NCBI RefSeq assembly: GCF_036365525.1
Contig: NC_090387.1
Span: 88,887,691 to 88,951,690, forward strand
DNA from: Heterodontus francisci
Taxonomy: Eukaryota
DNA length: 64,000 bases
Reading direction: 5' to 3'
The number at the start of each line of letters is the position of its first letter. Position 1 is the stretch's first letter. Shown piece after piece: positions 53,201 to 64,000 of this stretch. The position numbers and the translations under genes were made by a program. The notes under the pieces are model-generated. The model did not search any database. It was not told the origin of the DNA and saw nothing but the letters and a program-made list of their open reading frames with translations.

Positions 53201-54075
53201 TCGTAAACCCGAGAATTGGGAGGATTTTACAATAAGGCATAAGAGTACGAAGAAACCTATACATAAAGGGCGAATAGAATATGAATGTAACCTAGTAAAA
53301 ATTCTAAATACAGAGTGTAACAGCATCTATAGGTACGTAAAAAGGAAACATTTGTCTCTGGCAAATGTGGGTCCATTACACGCTGAAAGAGGAGAATTTA
53401 TAATGGGGAATAGAGAAATGGCACAGAAGATAAATGATTATTTTGTGGCTGTCTTCACTGAGGCAGATACAAGAAATCTCCCAGAAGTAGAGATCCAAGA
53501 GTTTTGGAAGAATTAGGAATTGAGGTAAGTTAGTATGAGTCATAAGGTTGTGTTGGAGAAATTAATATGGCTAAAGGTTGATAAGTCCCCGCAATCTGAT
53601 ATTCTATATCCCACAGTGTTTAAAAAGGTAGCTATGTAGAGAAAGGATGCATTGGTGATCATCTTCCAAAATTCTATAGATTCTGCAGCATCCAATCCTA
53701 TAGATTGGAAGGTAGAAAATGTCACCCCACTATTTAAGAAGGGAGGGAGAGAGAAAACAGGGAATTACATACCTGTTAGCCTTTCATCAGCCGTTGGGAT
53801 AATGCTAGAATCTATTCTAAAGGATGTGATAAATGAACACGGATAATAATGATCAGATTGGGCATAGTCAACATGGATTTATCAATGGGAAATCGTGTTT
53901 GACGAACCTGTTGGAGCTTTTTGAGGATGTGACTAACAGAATTGATAAACGGGAATCAGTGGACGTTGTGTGATCGGATTTTCAGAAGGCTTTTGATAAA
54001 GTCCTGCACAGGAGGTAGGTTAGCACAATTGAAGCACATGAGATAGGAGATAATATACTGGCATGGATTAAAGAT
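47250..54075 (+). mobile_element. Older CR1 LINE (47250-48500 plus 52813-54075), split by a young full-length CR1
   Basis: The EN motif EQAI|LDL is split exactly at the insertion. An esterase ORF remnant lies at 47343-47765. Confidence 0.8.
48501..52812 (+). mobile_element. Full-length young CR1 LINE (intact ORF1; ORF2 with a few stops)
   Basis: 5'UTR, then ORF1 48830-49777 (CxxC..CxxC plus GDS/GTND/DGLH esterase), then ORF2 49777-52731 broken by stops at ~50161, ~50248 and 51592. Tail (TTTGTTC)n. Confidence 0.95.
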
Positions 54076-54993
54076 TCATAAATGTGAGGTTGTCCACTTT
54101 GGTCGGAGTAATAGATGTGAAGAGTATTTTTTAAATGGTAAGAGATTAGAAAGTGTTGATATACAAAGGGACCTGTATGTTCTTGCCAATAAGAGGATAG
54201 ATAGCCAGAGGAAAGATATTTTCAGATAATGGGGGGGCGGGGGGGGAGGGGGTGGGGGGAAACCAGGGGATAATGACAAGAATGTGTTTTACTCATCGAT
54301 TTGTTATGACCTGGAATAGAGTCATAGTGACATTTACGGCAGACAAGGAGGCCATTTGGCCCATCCAGTCTACGCTGGCTCTTCATGTTGATGAAAGAGT
54401 CGGGGAAGTGGATTCAATCGTCATTCAAATTATGTAAATACTTGAAAAAGGAAACATTTTCAGGCTGGCATTAAGATTATATGTTTGAATGAATTGGTAG
54501 CTTTTTCGGACAGCCAGCACAGCACCATACGCCAAAACGCCAAATACCTAACTATTGAGCTGTATGATTCTATGTTTGGCAATTAATGACCAAAGCTCAT
54601 CAGCCAGCAGTAACTGTTTGGGGGGGGGAGTATATTAATCACAAAGAATGTGCGACAAAACCTTGTCGTGCAAGATAACCTAGTCAACCAATGGACACAA
54701 ACATTAACTAGTGACGCTGAGGTCCAAACGCCAAGATATTCTATTTGCTATTGCGAATGCTACTGGTTTGCAGATATCATAGACGGAAATATATGTGAAC
54801 AATATTCTATGAAAAACAAAAGCCTTTAGAGGAATGTGCTGAGTGGCTTTTGAAGTTCAAAAAGATTTAACAATCTTTGTAACTATCTTGAATAGTGTAA
54901 TTCATTGTGATGGGCAATTGAGACCTTTATCGCAAGGATTGCGAGTGGATTTTTTTTTATAAACTGGGTTCCTTAAGCCTTAAATAATGCAAC

Positions 54994-57900
54994 TAGAACA
55001 TAGAACATAGAACATTACAGCGCAGTACAGGCCCTTCAGCCCTCGATGTTGCGCCGACCTGTGAAACCATCTGACCTACACTATTCCATTTTCATCCATA
55101 TGTCTATCCAATGACCACTTAAATGCCCTTAAAGTTGGCGAGTCTACTACTGTTGCAGGCAGGGCGTTCCACGCCCCTACTACTCTCTGTGTAAAGAAAC
55201 TACCTCTGACATCTGTCCTATATCTATCACCCCTCAACTTAAAGCTATGTCCCCTCGTGTTTGCCATCACCATCCGAGGAAAAAGGCTCTCACTATTCAC
55301 CCTGTCCAGCCCTCTGATTATCTTATATGTCTCTATTAAGTCACCTCTTCTCCTCCTTCTCTCTAACGAAAACAACCTCAAGTCCCTCAGCCTTTCCTCG
55401 TAAGACCTTCCCTCCATACCAGGCAACATCCTAGTAAATCTCCTCTGCACCTTTTCCAAAGCTTCCACTTCCTTCCTATAATGCGGTGACCAGAACTGCA
55501 CGCAATACTCCATGTGCGGCCGCACCAGAGTTCTGTACAGCTGCAGCATGACCTCGTGGCTCCTAAACACGATCCCCCTACTAATAAAAGCTAACACACC
55601 ATATGCCTTCTTAACAGCTCTATTAACCTGGGTGGCAACTTTCAGGGATTTATATACCTGGACACCAAGATCTCTCTGCTCATCTACACTACCAAGAATC
55701 TTCCCATTAGCCCAGTATTCTGCAATCCTGTTACTCCTTCCGAAGTGAATCACCTCACACTTTTCCGCATTAAACTCCATTTGCCATCTCTCAGCCCAGC
55801 TCTGCAGCCTATCTATGTCCCTCTGTACCCTGCAACATCCTTCGGCACTATCCACAACTCCACCGACCGTCGTGTCATCCGCAAATTTACTAACCCACCC
55901 TTCTGCACCCTCATCCAGGTCATTTATAAAAATGACAAACAGCAGTGGCCCCAAAACAGATCCTTGCGGTACACCACTAGAAACTATACTCCAGGATGAA
56001 CATTTACCATCAACCACCACCCTCTGTCTTCTTTCGGCTAGCCAATTTCTGATCCAAAGCACTAATTCACCTTCAATCCCATACTTCTGTATTTTCTGCA
56101 ATAGCCTACCATGGGGAACTTTATCAAACGCCTTACTGAAATCCATGTAGACCACATCCACGGCTTTACTCTCATCCACCTGTTTGGTCACCTTGTCAAA
56201 AAACTCAATGAGGTTTGTGAGGCACGACCTACCCTTCACAAAACCGTGCTGACTATCTCTAATGAACTTATTCTTTTCAAGATGATTATAAATCCTATCT
56301 CTTATAACCTTTTCCAACATTTTACCCACAACCGAAGTAAGGCTCACAGGTCTATAATTACCAGGGCTGTCTCTACTCCCCTTCTTGAACAAGGGGACAA
56401 CATTTGCTATCCTCCAGTCTTCCGGCACTATTCCTGTCGACAATGGCGACATACAAATCAAGGACAAAGGCTCTGCAATCTCCTCTCTGGCTTCCCAGAG
56501 AATCCTAGGATAAATCCCATCTGGCCCAGGGGACTTATCTATTTTCACACTTTCCAAAATTGCTAACACCTCCTCCTTGTGAACCTCAATCCCATCTAGC
56601 CTAGTAGTCTGTATCTCAGTATTCTCCTCGACAACATTTTCTTTCTCCACTGTAAATACTGACGAAAAATATTCATTTAACACTTTCCCTATCTCCTCCG
56701 ATTCCACACACAACTTCCCACTACTATCCTTGATTGGCCCTAACCTATCTCTCGTCATTCTTTTATTACTGATATACCTATAGAAAGCCTTAGGGTTTTC
56801 TTTGATCCTATCCGCCAATGACTTCTCGTGTCCTCTCCTTGCTCTTCTTTTCTCTCCCTTTAGATCCTTCCTGGCTAGCTTGTAACTCTCAAGCGCCCTA
56901 ACTGAGCCTTCACGTCTCATCCTAACATAAGCCTTCTTCTTCCTCTTGACAAGCGCTTCAACTTCTTTAGTAAACCACGGCTCCCTCGCTCGACAACTTC
57001 CTCCCTGCCTGACAGGTACATACTTATCAAGGACACGCAGTAGCTGCTCCTTGAATAAGCTCCACATTTCGATTGTGCCCATCCCCTGCAGTTTCCTTCC
57101 CCATCCTACGCATCCTAAATCTTGCCTAATCGCATCATAATTTCCTTTCCCCCAGCTATAATTCTTGCCCTGCTGTATATGCCTGTCCCTGCCCATCGCT
57201 AAGGTAAACCTAACCGAATTGTGATCACTATCACCAAAGTGCTAACCAACTTCTAAATCTAACACCTGGCCGGGTTCATTACCCAGTACCAAATCCAATG
57301 TGGCATCGCCCCTGGTTGGCCTGTCTACATACTGTGTCAGAAAACCCTCCTGCACACACTGGACAAAAACAGACCCATCTAAAGTACTCGAACTATAGTA
57401 TTTCCAGTCAATATTTGGAAAGTTAAAGTCCCCCATAACCACTACCCTGTTACTCTCGCTCCTGTCAAGAATCATCTTTGCTATCCTTTCCTCTACATCT
57501 CTGGAACTATTTGGAGGTCGATAGAAAACTCCCAACAGGGTGACCTCTCCTCTCCTGTTTCTAACCTCGGCCCAGACTACCTCAGTAGACGAGTCCTCAA
57601 ACGTCCTTTCTGCCGCTGTAATACTTTCCTTGATTAACAATGCCACACCACCGCCCCCCCCCCCCGCCCTCTTTTACCCTCTTCTCTGTTCTTAGTCAAA
57701 CATCTAAATCCCGGCACCCGCAACATCCATTCCTGTCCCTGCTCTACCCATGTCTCTGAAATGGCCACAACATCGAGATCCCAGGTACCAACCCATGCTG
57801 CAAGCTCACCCACCTTATTCCGGATGCTCCTGGCGTTGAAGTAGACACATTTTAAACCAAGCTCTTGCTTGCCAGTGCCCTCTTGTGTCCTTATAACCTT

Positions 57901-59283
57901 ATCTCTGCCCTCACTACTCTCAACATCCTGCACACTGGAACTACAATTTAGGTTCCCATCCCCCTGCTGAATTAGTTTAAACCTCCCCCCCCCCCCGCCC
58001 CCCCGAAGAGCACTAACAAACCTCCCCCCCAGGATATTGGTACCCCTCTGGTTCAGGTGAAGACCATCCTGTTTGTAGAGGTCCCACCTACCCCAGAAAG
58101 AGCCCCAATTATCCAGGAAACCAAAATGCTCCCTCCTACACCATCCCTGCAGCCACGTGTTCAACTCATCTCTCTCCCTATTCCTCACTTCGCTAGCACG
58201 TGGCACGGGCAACAACCCAGAGATAACAACTCTGTTTGTTCTCGCTCTAAGCTTCCACCCTAGCTCCCTGAATTTCTGCCTTAAATCCCCATCTGTCTTC
58301 CTACCTATGTCGTTGGTGCCTATGTGTACCACGACTTGGGGCTGCTCCCCCTCCCCCTTGAGGATCCCAAAAACACGATCCGAGACCTCACGTACCCTGG
58401 CACCTGGGAGGCAACACACCAACCGTGAGTCTCTCTCGTTCCCACAAAACCTCCTATCTGTTCCCCTAACTATGGAGTCCCCAATGACTAATGCTCTGCT
58501 CCTCTTACCCCTTCCCTTCTGAGCAACAGGGACAGACTCTGCGCCAGAGACCTGTATCCCATTGCCTACCCCTGGTAAGTCGTCTCCCCCAACAGTATCC
58601 AAAACGGTATACCTGTTGTTGAGGGAAACGGCCACAGGGGATCCCTGCACTGCCTGCTGGTTCCCTCTCCTTCCCCTAACGGTAACCCATCTACCTTCTT
58701 CTTTTACCTGAGGTGTGACTGCCTCTCGATAACTCCTCTCAATAATACCCTCCACCTCCCGAATGATCCGAAGTTCCTCCAGCTCCAGCTCCAGTCCTCG
58801 AGGAGCTGGAGCTGGGTGCACTTCCCGCAGATGCAGTCAGCAGGGACACCCTTGGCGACCCTTACCTCCCACATTCTGCAGGAGGAACATTCAACTGCCT
58901 TAACCTCCATTCCCACTATTCTAAATTCCCAAGTTTTTAACCAATCACACGATAAAACAAAAAGAGAAATAGAAAAAGCCTTACCTTACCTACACACAAC
59001 CGAGTCCTTTTTTTGGTAAGAGGAGGAGGGCGGGTGGGAGACACTACAAGAGTAGTGTCTCGGGTTCAGAAACAGCCCAAATATATAGGTTTCTACTTAC
59101 CCAGCAGTCCCTGCTCCACCGAAACTCCCGATGAAATTGACTTCCCAGCTGTTCACTCCTCGCTCGCAATGCCTGTGCTCCTGGAAAAGCCAGCAGTCCC
59201 TGCTCCACCGAAACTCCCGATGAAATTGACTTCCCAGCTGTTCACTCCTCGCTCGCAATGCCTGTGCTCCTGGAAAAGCTGCA
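54994..59283 (-). mobile_element. Full-length CR1 LINE, second subfamily
   Basis: 706-aa RT ORF 55076-57196 (PQGSVLGP, FADD), EN 57242-57646, ORF1 esterase 57634-58916 with frameshifts. (AGAACAT)n tail. Its 5'UTR is homologous to that of the 48501 copy. Confidence 0.95.
59101..59278. repeat. Two exact 89-bp tandem monomers at the 5' end of the CR1
   Basis: CCAGCAGTCCCTGCTCCACCGAAACTCCCG...CTGGAAAAG occurs at 59101 and again at 59190. Confidence 0.9.
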
Positions 59284-59599
59284 CAACGAAAACTGAGGCG
59301 ATCGATTGCAGAGTTACTTCCTCAGTCGTGCGCGGCATCCCCCTGGCCTTCCATGACGTTTGGTACAGTTCAGTGTCCGCAACTCCTCCGCAAACTATTC
59401 TCTCCTGTGCCGGTTTTGTATTTGGTTGAACTTCTATCAGGCCCGTAGTAGGTTGTTTACTTTCGGCATTGCTAATTTACATATTGCTGCAGCTTGTCAA
59501 TGGCCTTCCATCTAATTCCTTTCTAGATCCACCCTTTCCCATACTCGATGTTTCGACGTTGGCTACTTCGTAACCCTCCGTTACTGGCAATTGATGGAA

Positions 59600-59880
59600 T
59601 TATGGAAACCATGGGATAACTTCCATATGTATGCTGAAGACTCCCAGCGTTACGACACCATGTCCATCTTAGTGTTGTCTACCTACTTGACTGTTTGCTG
59701 CCGTGGGTTAATCAGAATATTTTAAATTTAAGGTTTGTCAAACTAAAACTATCCATTTTGCCTCCAACCGCGAAGTCCACATTGTAGCTCCAATGTGACT
59801 CGGTGCAACTGAACTGGCAAGTGAGCACTCTCGTAATCAGTTTCACCATGAACTGCGCTTGAGACTTATATATTACACGA
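59600..59880 (+). mobile_element. Ancient L2-like RT remnant
   Basis: TTCCATATGTATGCTGAAGACTCCCAG translates to FHMYAEDSQ (compare L2 FHxYADDTQ). Confidence 0.45.
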
Positions 59881-60494
59881 CGTGAATTTTGATAGATGTT
59901 TCTATCTGCTTCAACATTGAAGAGTACTTCTCTGAGAAGTCAGGTTCAGGATGCATGAAAAGAGTTTCTCTTGTTGATTGAAGCATTGTTCTTTACCAGA
60001 AGATCCATTCTTTAATGAGTTTAGCTTCAGTTCCATTGTATGTGAAATTACCCCCTTTCCCATTGCGATAATTGAGGATTCTTTTAGACTGACGTAAAGC
60101 TGGTTCCTCTTCTAACCATGTACCAGTTGGACATAGCATGTTGTCATGTGTTAATTGACAACGCATAGTATTATCTCACGTGTACACAAAGCGACCAGAA
60201 GAACAGCAGTAGATTGGAATTCAAATTGTTATTTATCTAAAGATTAATATAAAATATTGTAAGTCTCTAAGGTACATCGCTTTCTGAAGTAATGATGGTT
60301 TGTTCGTGCAGTCAACAAATTGGTACTTTGTATTTTTAATGAGTGCGAGTTGCATGAATGGAACACCAAACGGAAACGCTCCGCATTGGAGGAGGAGTTC
60401 ATTCGAGGGATGCAACTTGGTTTAAGAGTATTAAAACGTAATACGTCACTGTAACAGTTGTCAGATTGGAGTAACGAAAACCTTGATCTCAGTG

Positions 60495-60561
60495 ATGCGT
60501 TTAATCTTGGTTCTAAACGTCCTGTTTCAGTATTGTGCCACACTGGGGATTTTCTGCAGAG
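60495..60561 (+). CDS. IgSF receptor gene 2, signal-peptide exon
   Basis: MRLILVLNVLFQYCATLGIFCR followed by a phase-1 donor AGAG|GTACGT. The layout matches gene 1 (short intron before the V exon). Confidence 0.75.
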
Positions 60562-60768
60562 GTACGTGACTGATTTTATACAACAGGTTCGCTTCTGCAG
60601 TAGAGAGTTTTCTGAAATTGAACAACATTTTTTTGTTCTCTTTGTTCTGTTTTATTGGTCACATTTTAAATTTTGTGATTTATCTTCCTCCTCTGCTTTC
60701 TTCTGATTTTAACTGCTCGAATCCTGTGTTTCATGTAAATATTCTGCTACAATATCTATTTCCCATAG

Positions 60769-61089
60769 CTGCCCAAGATGGTTCTCTGACAGTCACACAG
60801 TTACCTGATTTTATAGCGGTGCACAGGGGTGAAAACGTTACCCTATACGGCAACGTATCTGGATTGCAGGCGAACGAGGACATAATTGTTTACTGGAGCA
60901 AGACAGTTTCCAATTCATCCGAAGCAATAAGGCCTGACACCCAAAAAATATCTCGTGGTCTACAGAATGGAGATTTTTTCCTTCATCTGCGTAGTGTGAG
61001 TGTCCAAGATTCTGGAGTCTACATCAGTAGAGTGATGGCCGGGGGATCCAAAATTTCTGATGGATGCGGCACAGAACTTGTTGTATGTG
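60769..61089 (+). CDS. IgSF receptor gene 2, V-set domain exon lacking both canonical Cys (possibly a pseudogene)
   Basis: Acceptor TTTCCCATAG| and donor TGTG|GTAAG. AAQDGSLTVTQ..RGENVTLYG..VYW..FLHLRSVSVQDSGVYIS..GCGTELVVC is paralogous to the gene 1 V exon (shared VYW, LHL..V..QD.G.Y, LVV, G|GTAAG). Confidence 0.8.
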
Positions 61090-63099
61090 GTAAGCAGCAT
61101 TCCATAAGATTGTAAATGTCGCTTAAACTCAGAAATCACGAAGGATAACCAGATAGGTAGATAGTTGGATGCATGCATGGATGGATTGTCGACGGACGCA
61201 TGATTGAATGAACAAACACAGAAAGAGAGAAATTCAAATATAAGCAGATATGGCCGTTCAGTTTCAGAATCAGCCTCCGACTGCTTAGTCAGATTCCATG
61301 ACCCGTATTTTGCAATCAGTGGAAAAAGAACCGTGATTGCCGTTCATTGCCCTTGCAGCTCTCAACAGATTTTTCGTGAACTTTTAAGGAGCAATATACG
61401 ATTACTGGTGATCGTTTTCATTCTGGCGCCTATTGAGGCAATCTTTGGCGTGTCTGTCTGTGTGTGCGCGCGTGCAGAGCAAGCGTGTCTTTTTAACCAG
61501 TTTGATTCAAGCATCCTCAATGAAGCATGCAGGGTCCAAGGAAGGAAGAATTGATTAGAATATTTAATCTATTGTAAAATCAAGAATACAAATTGAAATA
61601 AAGCTAGTGATAAAAGATGACCTAAAGAGCTAGATAAGGCAGAAAGAAAAGGAAAAATATGTTTCACTTTATTTTGAATGTTAGTGAAAACTTTGACAAT
61701 AATTGCATTCAGATGGAACAAGATTTTACACTTGGAAAATATAAATTTCAGAGTCAGAGAGATGATGTGGAAGTAATTAATTCTTATCATGCCAGAAAAA
61801 AAATCAGTTGAACCTTAAATAACCAGACCTAACGTTTTATGACAGGCTAATGGGTTACGAGGGAGCAAATGCGGCAGATTCACGCCTTTCATGCATTTTA
61901 ATGCTGAGTCAATCAGTGAAATACCAGTAGAGCAAAGCTTGTAGAGTAGCAGGAATAATTGGAAAGGAATGTCCGTCTTTCCCTCATGAACTGTGTATGG
62001 GTGCAAGCTGACGTTCTTCTCTCATTTACTCCATAATAATGATGACAGCTGATATCCTCATCCTTACTCCTGTCGCACAGCCCAGGCATTTGTGCGTGAA
62101 AATTTGCGGATATACTCAGAAACTAATCACATAACACAAATCCACAATGTGTTCAGTTCCTAACTGTTTAAATAAATACATATTACCTCAACATGAAAAA
62201 ATAACAAACTTCCAGAAAATGAAATTCTGAAATCTAAATTGGATATTAAACCACTCTTATGAGTTCTCCATTAATTTGCCGATGCAATTAACAGGCTGTT
62301 TTGTTGTCCGTGTTTCCATAGCTCTTCAGACCAATTTAAAGCGGTTAAGTGGAAGAATTTCTAATAGAATTCTAGGGCGCAACACATGCTGGCGACGTGA
62401 GTTCGAAGGCAACATTGCCAAATAGTAAAGTCCTCCACAATATTTAACTGCACATTTACCCCAATGATCCCATTTTAAATCTGTAATATAAATTAATATT
62501 CCCAAATATTTTGACTAACTGATATTTCATCTTGTTGGAGAATGACATCAAAAAGTTGGTGCAGAAATCATTTAGGTAGACTTTCAAGTTGCGGAAATGG
62601 TCTAAACCTGACACCGTATATGGTCGACCTGTTATGGAAACTGCTTGAAGCTTACTTCCATTGAAATCAATGGGTTGCATTTTCCGTTAGCCCTGTGTAA
62701 AACTGTAGAAATATCTCCTCGCTGTCACTTGCTGCTTCTTTTTAGGAGGAGGAATAAGATCAAATACAGTAGAGACTGTGGTGTATCATAGAAATGCAGA
62801 ACATTTACGGCACAGAAGTAAACCATTCGACCCACGTGTCTGTGCCAGCCGAAAATAGCTACGCAGTCTAATCCCACCTTCTACCTCTTTGTCCTTCGCC
62901 ATGCAGATTACAGCACTTAAGCATATATCACTTTTTTAAATCAAAATGCGATTAGTGTTTGTGCCTATGTTACATCTTCAGGTACTGATTTTCAAAAACT
63001 CATCACCCTCTGGGTGAACAAAAAATCTTCTCACGCCCCACTAATGCTTATTGATTTCGCTGCTGAGGGAAACAGTTCCTTCCTATCCACTCTATCAAG

Positions 63100-63490
63100 G
63101 GTGGCTACGTTGCTTGCCAAGTAACCCAAGGCCTGGAATAATGCTGAGGAGGATGGACGCTGAAAGACCTATCTTGTGAATTTGACTTTATTTTAACGAC
63201 ATGGAAATAAATGCTGGTAGTAGAAAACTGAATACAAATCTGCCCTTCTCTCTAAAAACTGAACTGGATAATTAATGGCCTGTAAAGAAGGAAATCAGTT
63301 GCCCTTACAGTATCTGCTCTGTATGCGACTTGAGTTCCACTCCAGTATGGTTGACTCTTGACAGCCCTTTGAAACGACTTCGGAAGCCATTTATTCTTTT
63401 GATTATGAAAAAGGCGATCCACACTGACGTTGTTAAGGGCCATTAGCGATAACCCACATTAGTGATGCCCACATGCCGAGAATGTGTTAG
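63100..63490 (+). mobile_element. Decayed SINE sharing head/body and tail with LINE family B (SacSINE/DeuSINE-like)
   Basis: GAAGGAAATCAGTTGCCCTTAC..GGTTGACTCTTGACAGCCCTTTGAAA matches the family B 5' region (16370-16480, minus). It is followed by AAGGGCCATTAG..GATGCCCACAT, which matches the family B 3' tail. Confidence 0.55.
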
Positions 63491-64000
63491 AAAATGAAAG
63501 GGAAAAAAATTAAAGGTGCTGAAGATCGGTTTAAGACTTTAAATAAACATTGATAATAGTTGCAACAACAAGAAATGGATTACGAAGCCCCGACTTGCGT
63601 GAAAATTCTCTGGCCTCCCGCCACAACTTTGGCAGGAATTCTAACTAAAACACAAGTGAAGAGATCTAAATGACAGCTCCAGGCAGTTCACACAATTTGA
63701 ATGTCCATTTGCAGATGGAAGTAAAACATGGAACGATCGAACACCTGCGTAATTGCAGGGTTCTCCGTTGCATGTAGAGCTACAGAGTCGTCTTAATCGC
63801 AGAAGGAGGCCATTCGATCCATCGAGTCCATGCCGGATCTCCATGGAGCTATGCAGTCAGTTCCACTTCCCGGCTCGATCCACTTAGCCGTGCAAGTCAT
63901 AGAGGCATAGACTTATTCAGCACAGAAACAGGCCCTTGGGCCCAACGGGTCCGTATCGGTTATCAAGTAACCATCTATTCAAATCCCATTTTCCAGCACT

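Noticed and set aside
55076-57196. 706-aa RT ORF as a domesticated gene or active element
   Set aside because: It is an ordinary CR1 ORF2 within a full element whose EN and ORF1 carry a stop and frameshifts.
62312-62425. Acceptor TTTCCATAG| as a candidate C1 exon of gene 2
   Set aside because: The phase-1 translation has no C1 motifs and stops after ~35 codons.

Overview
Vertebrate genomic DNA, almost certainly from a cartilaginous fish (shark). This is inferred from the HE1-type tRNA-derived SINEs and the CR1 LINE families with (AGAAC/CTAAA)n-type tails. More than half of the window is retrotransposon: many CR1-clade LINEs (two or three near full-length with ZnF+SGNH-esterase ORF1 and APE-RT ORF2), a second LINE family, a 5'-truncated Tx1-type LINE, SINEs and solo-LTR-like inserts, often nested. 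Between them, on the + strand, lie the exons of a small tandem family of Ig-superfamily immune receptor genes. Gene 1 can be spliced by hand with consistent phases: leader 9533-9581, V-set 9854-10165, C1-set 10977-11282, TM 12634-12748 (with an Arg at the start of the helix), cytoplasmic exon 18126-18210 (with an in-frame TAG), and a stranded terminal exon 36432-36575 carrying two ITIM-like motifs that the ORF track misses. Gene 2 starts at 60495 (leader plus V exon 60769-61089); its V domain keeps a J-like GxGTxLxV strand but has lost both canonical cysteines. The best reading is a non-rearranging V(J)-C1 paired-receptor family (SIRP/NKp30/'VJC1'-like), with gene 1 possibly an inhibitory-to-activating conversion or a source of dual isoforms. 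All exon calls are manual and have no transcript support.
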